DNA of 64,000 bases, from NCBI GenBank assembly GCA_963674595.2, contig CAXXFV010000001.1:49316-113315 (forward strand), written 5' to 3'. The position numbers and the translations under genes were made by a program. Shown here piece by piece: positions 52,748 to 61,329 of this stretch. Origin of the DNA: a bacterium (GTDB taxonomy: Bacteria; Zhuqueibacterota; Zhuqueibacteria; Residuimicrobiales; Krinioviventaceae). The notes beneath the pieces are model-generated. The model searched no databases. It had not been told where the DNA came from and saw nothing but the letters and a program-made list of their open reading frames with translations. The stretch's first letter is position 1; every line of letters begins with the position of its first letter.

Positions 52748-53590
52748 TTATATCAATGATAAAACACCTTTTAAAAACCCAAAACATTCGGCAGAAGCCG
52801 GCAATGGGTCTGTTTTTTCCTGATCGTATTCCAGGGAAACATGTTCTGTATAATTGTTTTTGATTAATATGTTTAAAAATCGGGTAAAGTCGATAACGCC
52901 TCTGCCAATGGGGACAGTTTTGCCGTCAGCATTTGCCTGGTCCACATCTCTGACATGAAGATCTAAAAGGCGGTCAAAATACATTTCAGCCGCATCAGCC
53001 GGATCGATGCCGATACGCATGGTATGCCCGATATCCATACAAAGACCTATGCGCTGGTCCAGGTTTTTTACCTTGTCATAAACGCTTTGCGGACTGGGGT
53101 AAGTTTCATCGCCGGGGCCGTGATTATGAATGGCAACCTTGATGTCATATTCTTTGACCTTTTGGTCAACCAAATCCAAAAGATTATAGGATGGAACACC
53201 GATAATCGTTTTCATACCGGCTATTTTTGCGTATTCAAATGCCTGGTCAACATGTTCTTTTTCAGTCATGTAAATAACGCCGCCGCCATAAAGAGTGATA
53301 CCGGCCTTTTTAACTTTTTCGACCGCTGTTTTAATAGCCTCCGGTGAACTTTCCAAAGGTAAATGCATACTTTTAAGGGCAATGTATTTTATTGCCAGCC
53401 GCTGCATCATAACAAGTGTTTCATCAAGACTAAAGTTTCTGAATGTGTAAGAGGCAACAGACAACTTTAAACGTTCATAACCTTTTGGTTTGGTCTCAAT
53501 TTGTTTTGTTTGACATGAAGAAGCGGTTACTCCGGCCAGCATGCTGACGCCGGTCAGTTTTAAAAAATCTCTTCTGGAATTATTTTTCAT
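52748..53590 (-). CDS. Tat-exported sugar-phosphate isomerase/epimerase (xylose isomerase-like TIM barrel)
   Basis: SRRDFLK Tat signal, HNHG, DIGH, LHVRD, LEY. Confidence 0.85.
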   Translation of the reverse strand: MKNNSRRDFLKLTGVSMLAGVTASSCQTKQIETKPKGYERLKLSVASYTFRNFSLDETLVMMQRLAIKYIALKSMHLPLESSPEAIKTAVEKVKKAGITLYGGGVIYMTEKEHVDQAFEYAKIAGMKTIIGVPSYNLLDLVDQKVKEYDIKVAIHNHGPGDETYPSPQSVYDKVKNLDQRIGLCMDIGHTMRIGIDPADAAEMYFDRLLDLHVRDVDQANADGKTVPIGRGVIDFTRFLNILIKNNYTEHVSLEYDQEKTDPLPASAECFGFLKGVLSLI

Positions 53591-53695
53591 AAAAACACCT
53601 GCGATTAATATGTACAATGTTCTATATATTAAAGAAAGAATTTAAATCGGTTCAAGTGTTAAAAAGACAATTAATTATTTGTTGGTGAATAATTA

Positions 53696-53724
53696 ACTAT
53701 AGAAAAAAATTATTAATTTGTCAA
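53696..53724 (-). promoter_or_regulatory. sigma70 promoter for the epimerase-oxidoreductase pair
   Basis: Minus strand TTGACA-N17-TATAGT. Confidence 0.7.
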
Positions 53725-53794
53725 TACTTTTAAATATACAAGTAATTTTTGTCTTTTTTATTTGATATTCTACCGGAATTGTTGTTATATTATT

Positions 53795-54107
53795 AATAAT
53801 CCTGTTAATTACTTTAGGGAGTAAATTCATTTATACAGAATCTGAAAAGGAAATGGAGGGTTTTCTTTATTCAATTTTTTAGGTCACACTGTTGACTTAT
53901 CGGCAGGCATCTAAAATAGTGAAAAAATACCGATTTTTCCGGTATAAAGCTGATTTTTAAGTGAAATTAAGTTGATTCTGGTATCTATTTTAGCGAAATT
54001 CAAACTTTTATTTTAAGAGTATGCAATAGAGATGTCATCATGAAAGAACTCTAAACCTTTAATCTCTATTTGCAAAAAGGCCGCCTTGTCAGCGGCCTTT
54101 TCCTTTT
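53795..54107 (+). ncRNA. Candidate structured orphan RNA
   Basis: Preceded by TTGATA...TGtTATATT (53762-53791), several stems, ends in a terminator, no ORF >30 aa seen. Confidence 0.4.
54074..54107 (+). terminator. Intrinsic terminator with no upstream CDS
   Basis: AAAAGGCCGC-cttgtca-GCGGCCTTTT. Confidence 0.85.
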
Positions 54108-54221
54108 ATTATTTAATTTTCAGTATGTTATGTAGTTATTATAATGATTTATTAAAGGAATATTGTTTTTATTTAGAAAAGAAAAATTTTCATTTTCTTA
54201 ATTAAATTTTGTATATTATTC

Positions 54222-54263
54222 TTGACTCATAAATAAAATTTTTGTATAATTGTATAGACAAAT
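54222..54263 (+). promoter_or_regulatory. Promoter plus AraR-type operator of the regulator gene
   Basis: TTGACT-N17-TATAAT overlapped by the palindrome AATTGTATAGACAAAT (54248-54263). Confidence 0.75.
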
Positions 54264-54277
54264 GCTTAGGATTTGTT

Positions 54278-55372
54278 ATGATTATTGACAAAAATAGTCC
54301 CATCCCGCAGTATTACCAATTACAATCCTGGCTGGTTGAACAAATTGAGCAAGGTGTTTTTAAGCCTGAGGATAAAATCCCGACCGAAGAAGAGTTGGGT
54401 CAAATGACTGGTTTAGCGCGAGCGACGATTCGACAAGCAATCCAGAATTTAGTGAATGAAGGTTATCTGTTACGAAGAAGACGATTAGGGACTTTTGTTA
54501 AAAATCCTTCACTGGAAACGAACCGACTCAGTATCGTCAGTGTTATGGTCCACGATATACGAAGCGGATATGCACCTGAATTTTTGAGAGGTGCTGCTGA
54601 CGAAGCTGGAAAGAAAAATTTTAGTACTATTTTTTGTAATACCGATGATTTGTTTGTAAAAGCTGATTTACATGCCAATCAGGTAATCGACCATGGCGTA
54701 AGCGGTGTTATTTTTATGCCGACTGCTGCGCCGGGTGAGAAAAATCTTTTAATAATTGAAAAGTTTTTAAGAAAAAATATACCTGTTGTCATAGCTGACC
54801 GCGAAGTGCATAATGTTGATTTGGATTTTGTCACCACAGACAATTTTGATGGCGCTTATAACCTGACTCAACATCTTATTAAAAGAGGTCATCGAAAAAT
54901 TGCCATAACACTTAGTACTTTATACAGCAGTGAGCTGGAACGGCTGGAGGGTTATAAAAAAGCCTTGTCTGATTATGGCATTGGTATTGATTCTTCTTTG
55001 ATTTTTACTCATCATCAGCGATTCAGTGAAGAGCATTATGTACGCTTTTCAAAAATTATTTTAGCTGAACGGAAAAAATTTACAGCTTTATTTGCCGGAA
55101 ATGACCGAATCGCCTATATTTTATATTCGGCAGCAAAGGATATGAGAATTAAAATTCCTAAAGATTTGTCTCTTGTTGGATATGATGATTTGACCTATAC
55201 GATTTCACACCCGATTAATTTAACAACGATTCATCAGCCCATTTATGAAATGGGGCAGGAGTGTATGAAATTGTTATTATCGCGAATACGGGGAGAGTCT
55301 CGCCAATCTCAACGGGTTGTTTTAAAATCATATCTTGTAGAGAGAAAATCAGTAATGAAACTGGAAAATTAG
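54278..55372 (+). CDS. GntR-HTH / LacI-type effector domain regulator (AraR-like)
   Basis: PQYYQL...IPTEEEL...RATIRQA...G.GTFV, then a periplasmic-binding-protein-like domain (V.TDN..G, SLVGYDD, LTTIHQP). Confidence 0.92.
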   Translation: MIIDKNSPIPQYYQLQSWLVEQIEQGVFKPEDKIPTEEELGQMTGLARATIRQAIQNLVNEGYLLRRRRLGTFVKNPSLETNRLSIVSVMVHDIRSGYAPEFLRGAADEAGKKNFSTIFCNTDDLFVKADLHANQVIDHGVSGVIFMPTAAPGEKNLLIIEKFLRKNIPVVIADREVHNVDLDFVTTDNFDGAYNLTQHLIKRGHRKIAITLSTLYSSELERLEGYKKALSDYGIGIDSSLIFTHHQRFSEEHYVRFSKIILAERKKFTALFAGNDRIAYILYSAAKDMRIKIPKDLSLVGYDDLTYTISHPINLTTIHQPIYEMGQECMKLLLSRIRGESRQSQRVVLKSYLVERKSVMKLEN

Positions 55373-55424
55373 TTCGTAATTTATATAAACCTTGCTTTTT
55401 ACAGCAAGGTTTTTAAATGTCATA

Positions 55425-55440
55425 AATTGTCTATTCAAAT
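55425..55440 (+). promoter_or_regulatory. Second AraR-type operator upstream of iolM
   Basis: AATTGTCTATTCAAAT, 13/16 identical to 54248-54263. Confidence 0.65.
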
Positions 55441-55470
55441 AAACAAATGTACGTAAGAAGGAGTTTTGGA

Positions 55471-56654
55471 ATGCGAACTTTATCATTATTTGCTGAATGG
55501 GACCCACGTCCCGATTTTAAGTTAGGCAGTAAAGATATTGAGGGAGAACTAACATATCTCGGCAGCCGGGTATGGCGGAATCCCTATGTTAAAATAGTTG
55601 AAAAAGATATACCGAAACCGGGTCCGACTGAAGTTTTAATTGAAGTTAAAGCCTGTGGTATTTGTGGTAGCGATGTTCATATGTATCAAACAGATGATGA
55701 TGGTTATATCTATTATCCCGGACTGACGGCATTTCCGTGTACTTTGGGTCACGAGTTTTCAGGTGTTGTTGTAGAAGCTGGTAAAGATGCCATAAACAAA
55801 ACCACCGGCAAACAATATGCTGTTGGTGAAGCCGTTTGTGCAGAAGAGATGGTTTGGTGTTCCCAATGTCGTCCCTGTGCTGATGGTTATCCGAATCATT
55901 GTGAACGTTTGCAGGAAATTGGTTTTTCTATTGACGGCGCCTATGCAAAATATATCAAAATGGATGCCCGATATTTGTGGAGTATTGATGCATTAAAAGA
56001 TCTTTATGGTGAAGAAAAAATGTTTTTGCTCGGTAGTTTGGTAGAACCGACTTGTGTTGCTTATAATGCTGTTATCGAACGCGGCGGCGGTATCCGTTCC
56101 GGTGATAATGTTGTTATTATGGGTAGCGGACCTGTTGGTATTGCTGCCTGTGCCATATTAAAACGTTCCGGAGCTGCCAATGTTATCATGTCCGAACCTT
56201 CAAAAGAAAGACGTGATATGGCATTGCAAATGGGCGCAACCCATGTTATCGATCCTACTGAAGTCAACGCCGCCGATGCTATTTTGGACATTACCAAAGG
56301 TGTAGGTGCTAAATTATACCTCGAAGCAACAGGATTACCGAGTGTTGTTTGGGGAGACATTGAAAAAGTTATCTGGGAAGGTCGAGCATTAAATTCAACA
56401 GTTGTTATTGTTGCGCGTGCTGATGACCGCATCCGATGAATGGTGAAGTGTTCCAGGTAAGACGCGCCAGCGTTGTCGGCGCTCAGGGACATTCCGGTCA
56501 CGGTACTTTTCCACGTGTCATTAGCTCTATGGCTGATGGAATGGATGTGTCCGGTATTATTACGAAAAAGATTGTACTTGATGATATTGAAGAAAATCTG
56601 GTAAAGTTGCAAACAGATCGCAATGAAGTAAAAATTACTGTATTACCTGAATAA
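55471..56654 (+). CDS. iolM: Scyllo-inosose 3-dehydrogenase IolM-like Zn-dehydrogenase (-1 frameshift ~56435)
   Basis: CGICGSD, GHE, CxxCxxCx7C; N-terminal W.PRPDF.LG.KD..G.LTYLGS.VWR; C-terminal GAQGHSGHGTFPRVI. Adding one C restores RIPMNGE. Confidence 0.8.
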
Positions 56655-56675
56655 AGTTTTGAAAGGAAGATTATA

Positions 56676-57770
56676 ATGAGTAAATGGCTCACAACAAATC
56701 AGCCCGATTTATTTTTCGAAGATACATCCGTCGGGCGTATGAAAAAAAGAATCTGGGAAGCAAGTGACGAAGAAATTGATAATATTTTAAAAGATTTTGG
56801 CATTCCTTCTGAACCGGAACTTGCAAAAGCAGGTACTTATGTTCAAACAACCATTCGCCAGCAGGTTGTTGAAAACCAAAAGAAAAACGACATTGTTTTT
56901 ATTCCGATCGGTTGTACGGAATTACACGGCCGCCATACCGTAACAGCTTTGGATACATTTATGGTAACTCAAATTCTTGAAGGTGTTCGCCGTTTTACAG
57001 CCAAAAAAGGCGCACCCTGTAATTTGGTTTGGACGCCGTTAAACTATGGTGGCCACCCGCATCATCATATCGGTATGCCGGGTACAATTCATCTGGAAGA
57101 TGAAATTGTTAAAAAGAACCTTATTGATGTTATGGTAGGATTGTGGAACGACGGTTTTAGAAAACAAATCCTTGTAAACAATCATGGTCATTCATGGTTA
57201 TTGGAAGCAGCTATTCAGGAACTGCAAAAAACCTGGAACCTGCCTGGTATTTTTAGAACACTGGACTGGCACCGCTCTGTTCGTGAATTTTTCAGAACAA
57301 AACAAAGAGGCGGCGACTGGGATGATGATTTTGTTCATGCTGATGAAGCAGAAACATCTGTTTTAGGTTTGCTCGCTCCTCAATTTGTTGATATGAGTCT
57401 TGCCCAGGAAACAACTGTTGAAGGATATTTGCCGGATGGTCATTTTGATAAAGCAGTAGATCCTTTTGCTCGCCCAAGCCGTTGGTCCGAAGGTCAGGGA
57501 CATTCACCTCTGGAACTGTCTTCTATTCCTGAAGGTGTTGTCGGACGTCCTACTATTGCCAAACCTGAAAAAGCAAAAAGAACAATCGCTGCAATTTGTT
57601 CTTATCTGACATTAATTAATGATGAAATTTTGGAAGCATTTCCTCCCGGAAAATTACCGCCGATTGAAAAAACAACCATGCGGACCGAAAAGGAAATGGA
57701 ACCTTATTTGAAACAACCTTTTACAGAAGGTTGGAGATCGATTTATTCAATCCCAAAAATGGGACTATAA
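56676..57770 (+). CDS. iolN: 3-dehydro-scyllo-inosose hydrolase IolN-like (creatininase family)
   Basis: PIGCTELHG.H...LD, HHHIGMPGT, NNHGH, HADEAETS; adjacent to iolM. Confidence 0.8.
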   Translation: MSKWLTTNQPDLFFEDTSVGRMKKRIWEASDEEIDNILKDFGIPSEPELAKAGTYVQTTIRQQVVENQKKNDIVFIPIGCTELHGRHTVTALDTFMVTQILEGVRRFTAKKGAPCNLVWTPLNYGGHPHHHIGMPGTIHLEDEIVKKNLIDVMVGLWNDGFRKQILVNNHGHSWLLEAAIQELQKTWNLPGIFRTLDWHRSVREFFRTKQRGGDWDDDFVHADEAETSVLGLLAPQFVDMSLAQETTVEGYLPDGHFDKAVDPFARPSRWSEGQGHSPLELSSIPEGVVGRPTIAKPEKAKRTIAAICSYLTLINDEILEAFPPGKLPPIEKTTMRTEKEMEPYLKQPFTEGWRSIYSIPKMGL

Positions 57771-57771
57771 A

Positions 57772-58572
57772 ATGAAATCTGCAATTGTATTATCAACACA
57801 ACCGGCAGCATTTTCCGCCGTTGCTTACAAAGGCAAAGTCAAAGAAAATTTGCATAAAATTAAAAACGCCGGATTTGATGGTGTTGAACTGGCAGTTCGT
57901 GATCCCAAGCTGTTATCCATTGATGAGATTTTAGGTCATTGTAAGGACCTCAATATGGATGTATGTGCTATTGGGACCGGACAGGCATTTGGCGAGGATG
58001 GGTTATCATTAACCCATCCGGACCTGTCTATAAGAAAACAAGCCATTGAACGGCTCATTACACACATTGATTTTGCCGAACAATTTCAGGCTTTTGTTAT
58101 TATTGGGTTGATTAGAGGCCGCTATTCCAAAGATGTTTCAAAGGAACAAAGCGACCAGTGGTTTCTTGAAGGAATGACAGAGTGCGCTTCCTATAAACCA
58201 AATATTAAAATGATTATCGAACCTATTAACCGTTACGAGACCGATATTATCAATACGGTGGATGGCGGACTCGATTTTCTGAAAAAATTACAAAAGGATA
58301 ATGTGGGACTGTTGCTGGATTCTTTTCACATGAATATTGAAGAAGTTTCTATTACTGCAAGCATTATAAAGGCGGCGGCATCTGTTTTTCATTTTCATGT
58401 TGCCGATTCGAATAGATGGTATCCGGGCGCCGGCCATATTCCTTTTGATGATGTAATTAACGCACTCAAAAAAATTAATTACAACGGATATGTTTCGGCG
58501 GAAATTATGCCGGAACCGGATCCGGACACTGCAACTGTTAAATCAAGTGCTTTCTTTAAGAAAGCATTATAA
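57772..58572 (+). CDS. iolO: 5-keto-L-gluconate epimerase IolO-like
   Basis: GFDGVELAVRDP, AIGTGQA, IIGLIRG, EPINRYE, DSFHMNIEE, HVADSNR..PG.GH. Confidence 0.8.
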   Translation: MKSAIVLSTQPAAFSAVAYKGKVKENLHKIKNAGFDGVELAVRDPKLLSIDEILGHCKDLNMDVCAIGTGQAFGEDGLSLTHPDLSIRKQAIERLITHIDFAEQFQAFVIIGLIRGRYSKDVSKEQSDQWFLEGMTECASYKPNIKMIIEPINRYETDIINTVDGGLDFLKKLQKDNVGLLLDSFHMNIEEVSITASIIKAAASVFHFHVADSNRWYPGAGHIPFDDVINALKKINYNGYVSAEIMPEPDPDTATVKSSAFFKKAL

Positions 58573-58603
58573 AATTTTTTGTTCGGAGGATATAGTGGAA
58601 ACA

Positions 58604-58948
58604 ATGCAAGCCTTGGTTTTTAAAGATGTTGGGCGGATTGAACTGGAAAATATTCCTGTTCCCAAAATTTCAAAGCCAGATCAGGTAATTGTTAAAATTG
58701 CAGCTTGTGGTATTTGTGGTTCAGATATTAAAATTCTTGAAGGCAAACATGCCTATAAAAAAGATATTGTATTGGGTCATGAATTCAACGGCGTTGTTGT
58801 AGACGTCGGCAGTGCAGTCCAATCCGTTAAGGTTGGTGACCGCATCGCTCTTGATAACAATCCCCGCTGCGGTCTCTGCGATTTTTGCCGCGTCGGATTA
58901 AGCAGTCAGTGTACTGAATTGAAAAATGTTACATTAAAACCATATTGA
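58604..58948 (+). CDS. Zn-dependent alcohol dehydrogenase, N-terminal part cut at the GC junction
   Basis: CGICGSD, GHEF, CGLCDFC...C; the Rossmann half is missing and replaced by GC-rich sequence. Confidence 0.8.
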   Translation: MQALVFKDVGRIELENIPVPKISKPDQVIVKIAACGICGSDIKILEGKHAYKKDIVLGHEFNGVVVDVGSAVQSVKVGDRIALDNNPRCGLCDFCRVGLSSQCTELKNVTLKPY

Positions 58949-58950
58949 GT
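58937..58950. other. Abrupt compositional junction (likely contig join or chimera)
   Basis: AT-rich sequence changes to ~60% GC within ~15 bp; genes on both sides are truncated. Confidence 0.85.
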
Positions 58951-60531
58951 GAGCTCGGTTCGATGCACCGTCCTCGGATTCCTTTCAGGTATTCTTGGCG
59001 ATAAACAGCTGGGAGCATACACCGACCGCGGCCGGCTACGCGGAACCTTGCGACTACGACGCTTCGAACACTCCCCAGTATTGTACGATTCATCTCAATC
59101 CCGGTTTCCTCGGTCGTGCGAACGGTATTACGGACCAAGAGACACGGGAAACGTGGCTTCGCGAGGTCCTGGCTCACGAAGCGATGCACTGCGTGCAATT
59201 TCGCTGGTTCGGCGCAAAGGAAGAGAAACTGCCCGCCTGGTACGCGGACGGTGTTGCCGCGTGGGGGGCGCTTACAGTAGCGGGCGCCGGGGAAGGCAGC
59301 CCGGAGTTCTGGACAGGGTATTTGGAAAATCCGAATCTCTCCTTGTCATTGCGTGCATATGACGCCCTCGGTTTCTTCATCCATCTCAACGAGACCGGCA
59401 CTGACGTTTGGTCAGCAATGAAGCCGATGGGGGGACGCGATGGTGCAAAAAATTCCGGCCGATGGAGCGTCGCCGGATCTATGGGAAATGGCACGGGCCG
59501 GATGGGAAGCGGCGGCACCGACGGATACTTTTTTGGAAACCTGGGGTTCCGGATTTCTCACGGGAAGGTTTCCGGGAACGGCTTGGAATACGGTCGCGCC
59601 CGGATTGCCGAACCCGATCGACGGCTGGATTTTTTCCATCGCCCTGACCCCGGAAGCGCGCGGTCAGACGCTCGACGCTGCACCCGCTGCTGCCAAAGCG
59701 TACCAGGTGACGGTGGAAACGGATTTGATCATGCTGGTTCCCTCAGACAATACATGGGGCCGGTTCACGTTGGACAGCGGTCGTGATGAGCTTCTGCGAA
59801 ATCTCGGAGACGGAATTGTTTATTGTGCGCGACCTGAGGGATGTATCTGTCCCGAATCCGGCGAAGCCCTGGTTGCCGATCCGATTTCGTCGCCGTTCTA
59901 TCTCGGGCTCACCGGCGGCCTCGAATCGACCTCTGTTCGTATCATTGGGGCCTCCTTGGATGAAGTGTGCGACACTTCCGACGACACCGACGATACCGAC
60001 GCCGCCGACGATTCCCCCGAACAGGCAGCCGCCTGTCTGGTGGGGGATTGGCGGTTGTCGCAGGCAACAGTGGTCGGCTCCGACGGCATGCAGGCCGCGG
60101 GCGGAAGCGGCGTGCGGATGCACATCGGCCCCTACGGCGAAATGAACACGGTTTTCGACGGCATGGCGAATGTACTGTATGCGTTTCCGATGGATGAAGA
60201 CACGATTTGCGGCAGCTTTTTCTACACCGGTGAAATGACGGGTCTGCTGCGGACCGACCCAGAAGACACGGTGAGTGGAAACTGGGCGCCTTCGACTGTG
60301 GATGTTTCGGGCGTCACCGCATGGGTCACAATTCTCGCGCCGTTTCAAGTGGATCTCGGTGCCGTGCCCCTCGGTTTCGCCTCTTCTGTGGAAAACACCG
60401 GCGGCGCTGTCGGCGGCACCCCGATGGATGCCGGAGCGTGGTCGTGCACCGCAAACAGCCTCACCCTCTCCAGGACCGAAACCAGTGGAACCGCTTCAAC
60501 CACCACCACCTGGGAGATGGCGCGCGAGTGA
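58951..60531 (+). CDS. Partial HEXXH gluzincin-like secreted protein (frameshifted)
   Basis: VLAHEAMHCVQ...PAWYADG; joins frames 58995 and 59440; Asp-rich linker and CLVGDW lipocalin-like tail. Confidence 0.6.
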
Positions 60532-60564
60532 GAACGAATTGATTTTTCTACAGCATTTCCGGGC

Positions 60565-61112
60565 TCAAGGGACTTGGATTTTCGTGCCGGTACTTTCGAA
60601 GTAACTGCCGCCGCAGTAATGCCATGGGGCTCTGTTGAACATTGAAACTGCGTTTTGAGCAGTCAACATCGCTGCATCGCGGGGCCCAATGGTGTGCGCG
60701 GTACCACCTTCCCGAACGGGAAATGCCTTCGATTTCGAATGCGTAGTGTACGAAAGACTGTCCGCAGTGTACGCATCGAAGGACCGCCGCGTCCGCAAAC
60801 CGCCCATCGCGCTCATCCACGCCTAGAGATCGGGAATCAAAATCCGTAATTGCGCTGTCGAACCTTTCTGCCAATCGAGGAACGTCTCCCCCCAGTTGCT
60901 TGCAATGCTGAGATCTTGGAGTGAGCCGGTCGGCGCAAACAGGGCAACCAACATCAACGGAACCTTTTCGTGAGCGACGAGATCACACAGCGCGTCGAAC
61001 TCCCGTATCGCCTCTTCTGCGTTCTCCCATTCGGACAGGAAGAAGTTGTTTTCGGGCAGCGCCAACAACGCCCTTGTTTCCACAATATAAGTTGCAGCCC
61101 CTCTTTTTGCAT
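60565..61112 (-). CDS. Hypothetical two-domain protein (LFAPTG domain plus CxxC domain), frameshifted
   Basis: GGAGG RBS before ATG 61112; MQKEGLQLIL / RALLALPENNF..LFAPTGSLQ..WGETFL / AERFD..LGVDE..GRF..CVHCG..SRSGRW / GGSYF. Confidence 0.55.
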
Positions 61113-61329
61113 GACGCCTCCGGTGCCTGACATTGTGAGTATATTGGTTTTTGAGTGGTCGCCAAGCAAGAGGGACCGGCCTTGGGGGAACCGGCGCAAC
61201 GGGGGATTCTTGGGGGAAGGCATCTGTGGGTTGCGCTTTGAATCGAGGCCGATTCCTGGAGGTGGCGACGACTTTCACCGGGCCGACCCTTCGTTCGACA
61301 CGCGTCAAACCTCGACTATCATTACTCTA

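Noticed and set aside
55387-55414. Hairpin AAACCTTGCT/AGCAAGGTTT as a riboswitch before iolM
   Set aside because: A simple terminator-like stem after the regulator gene, with no aptamer features.
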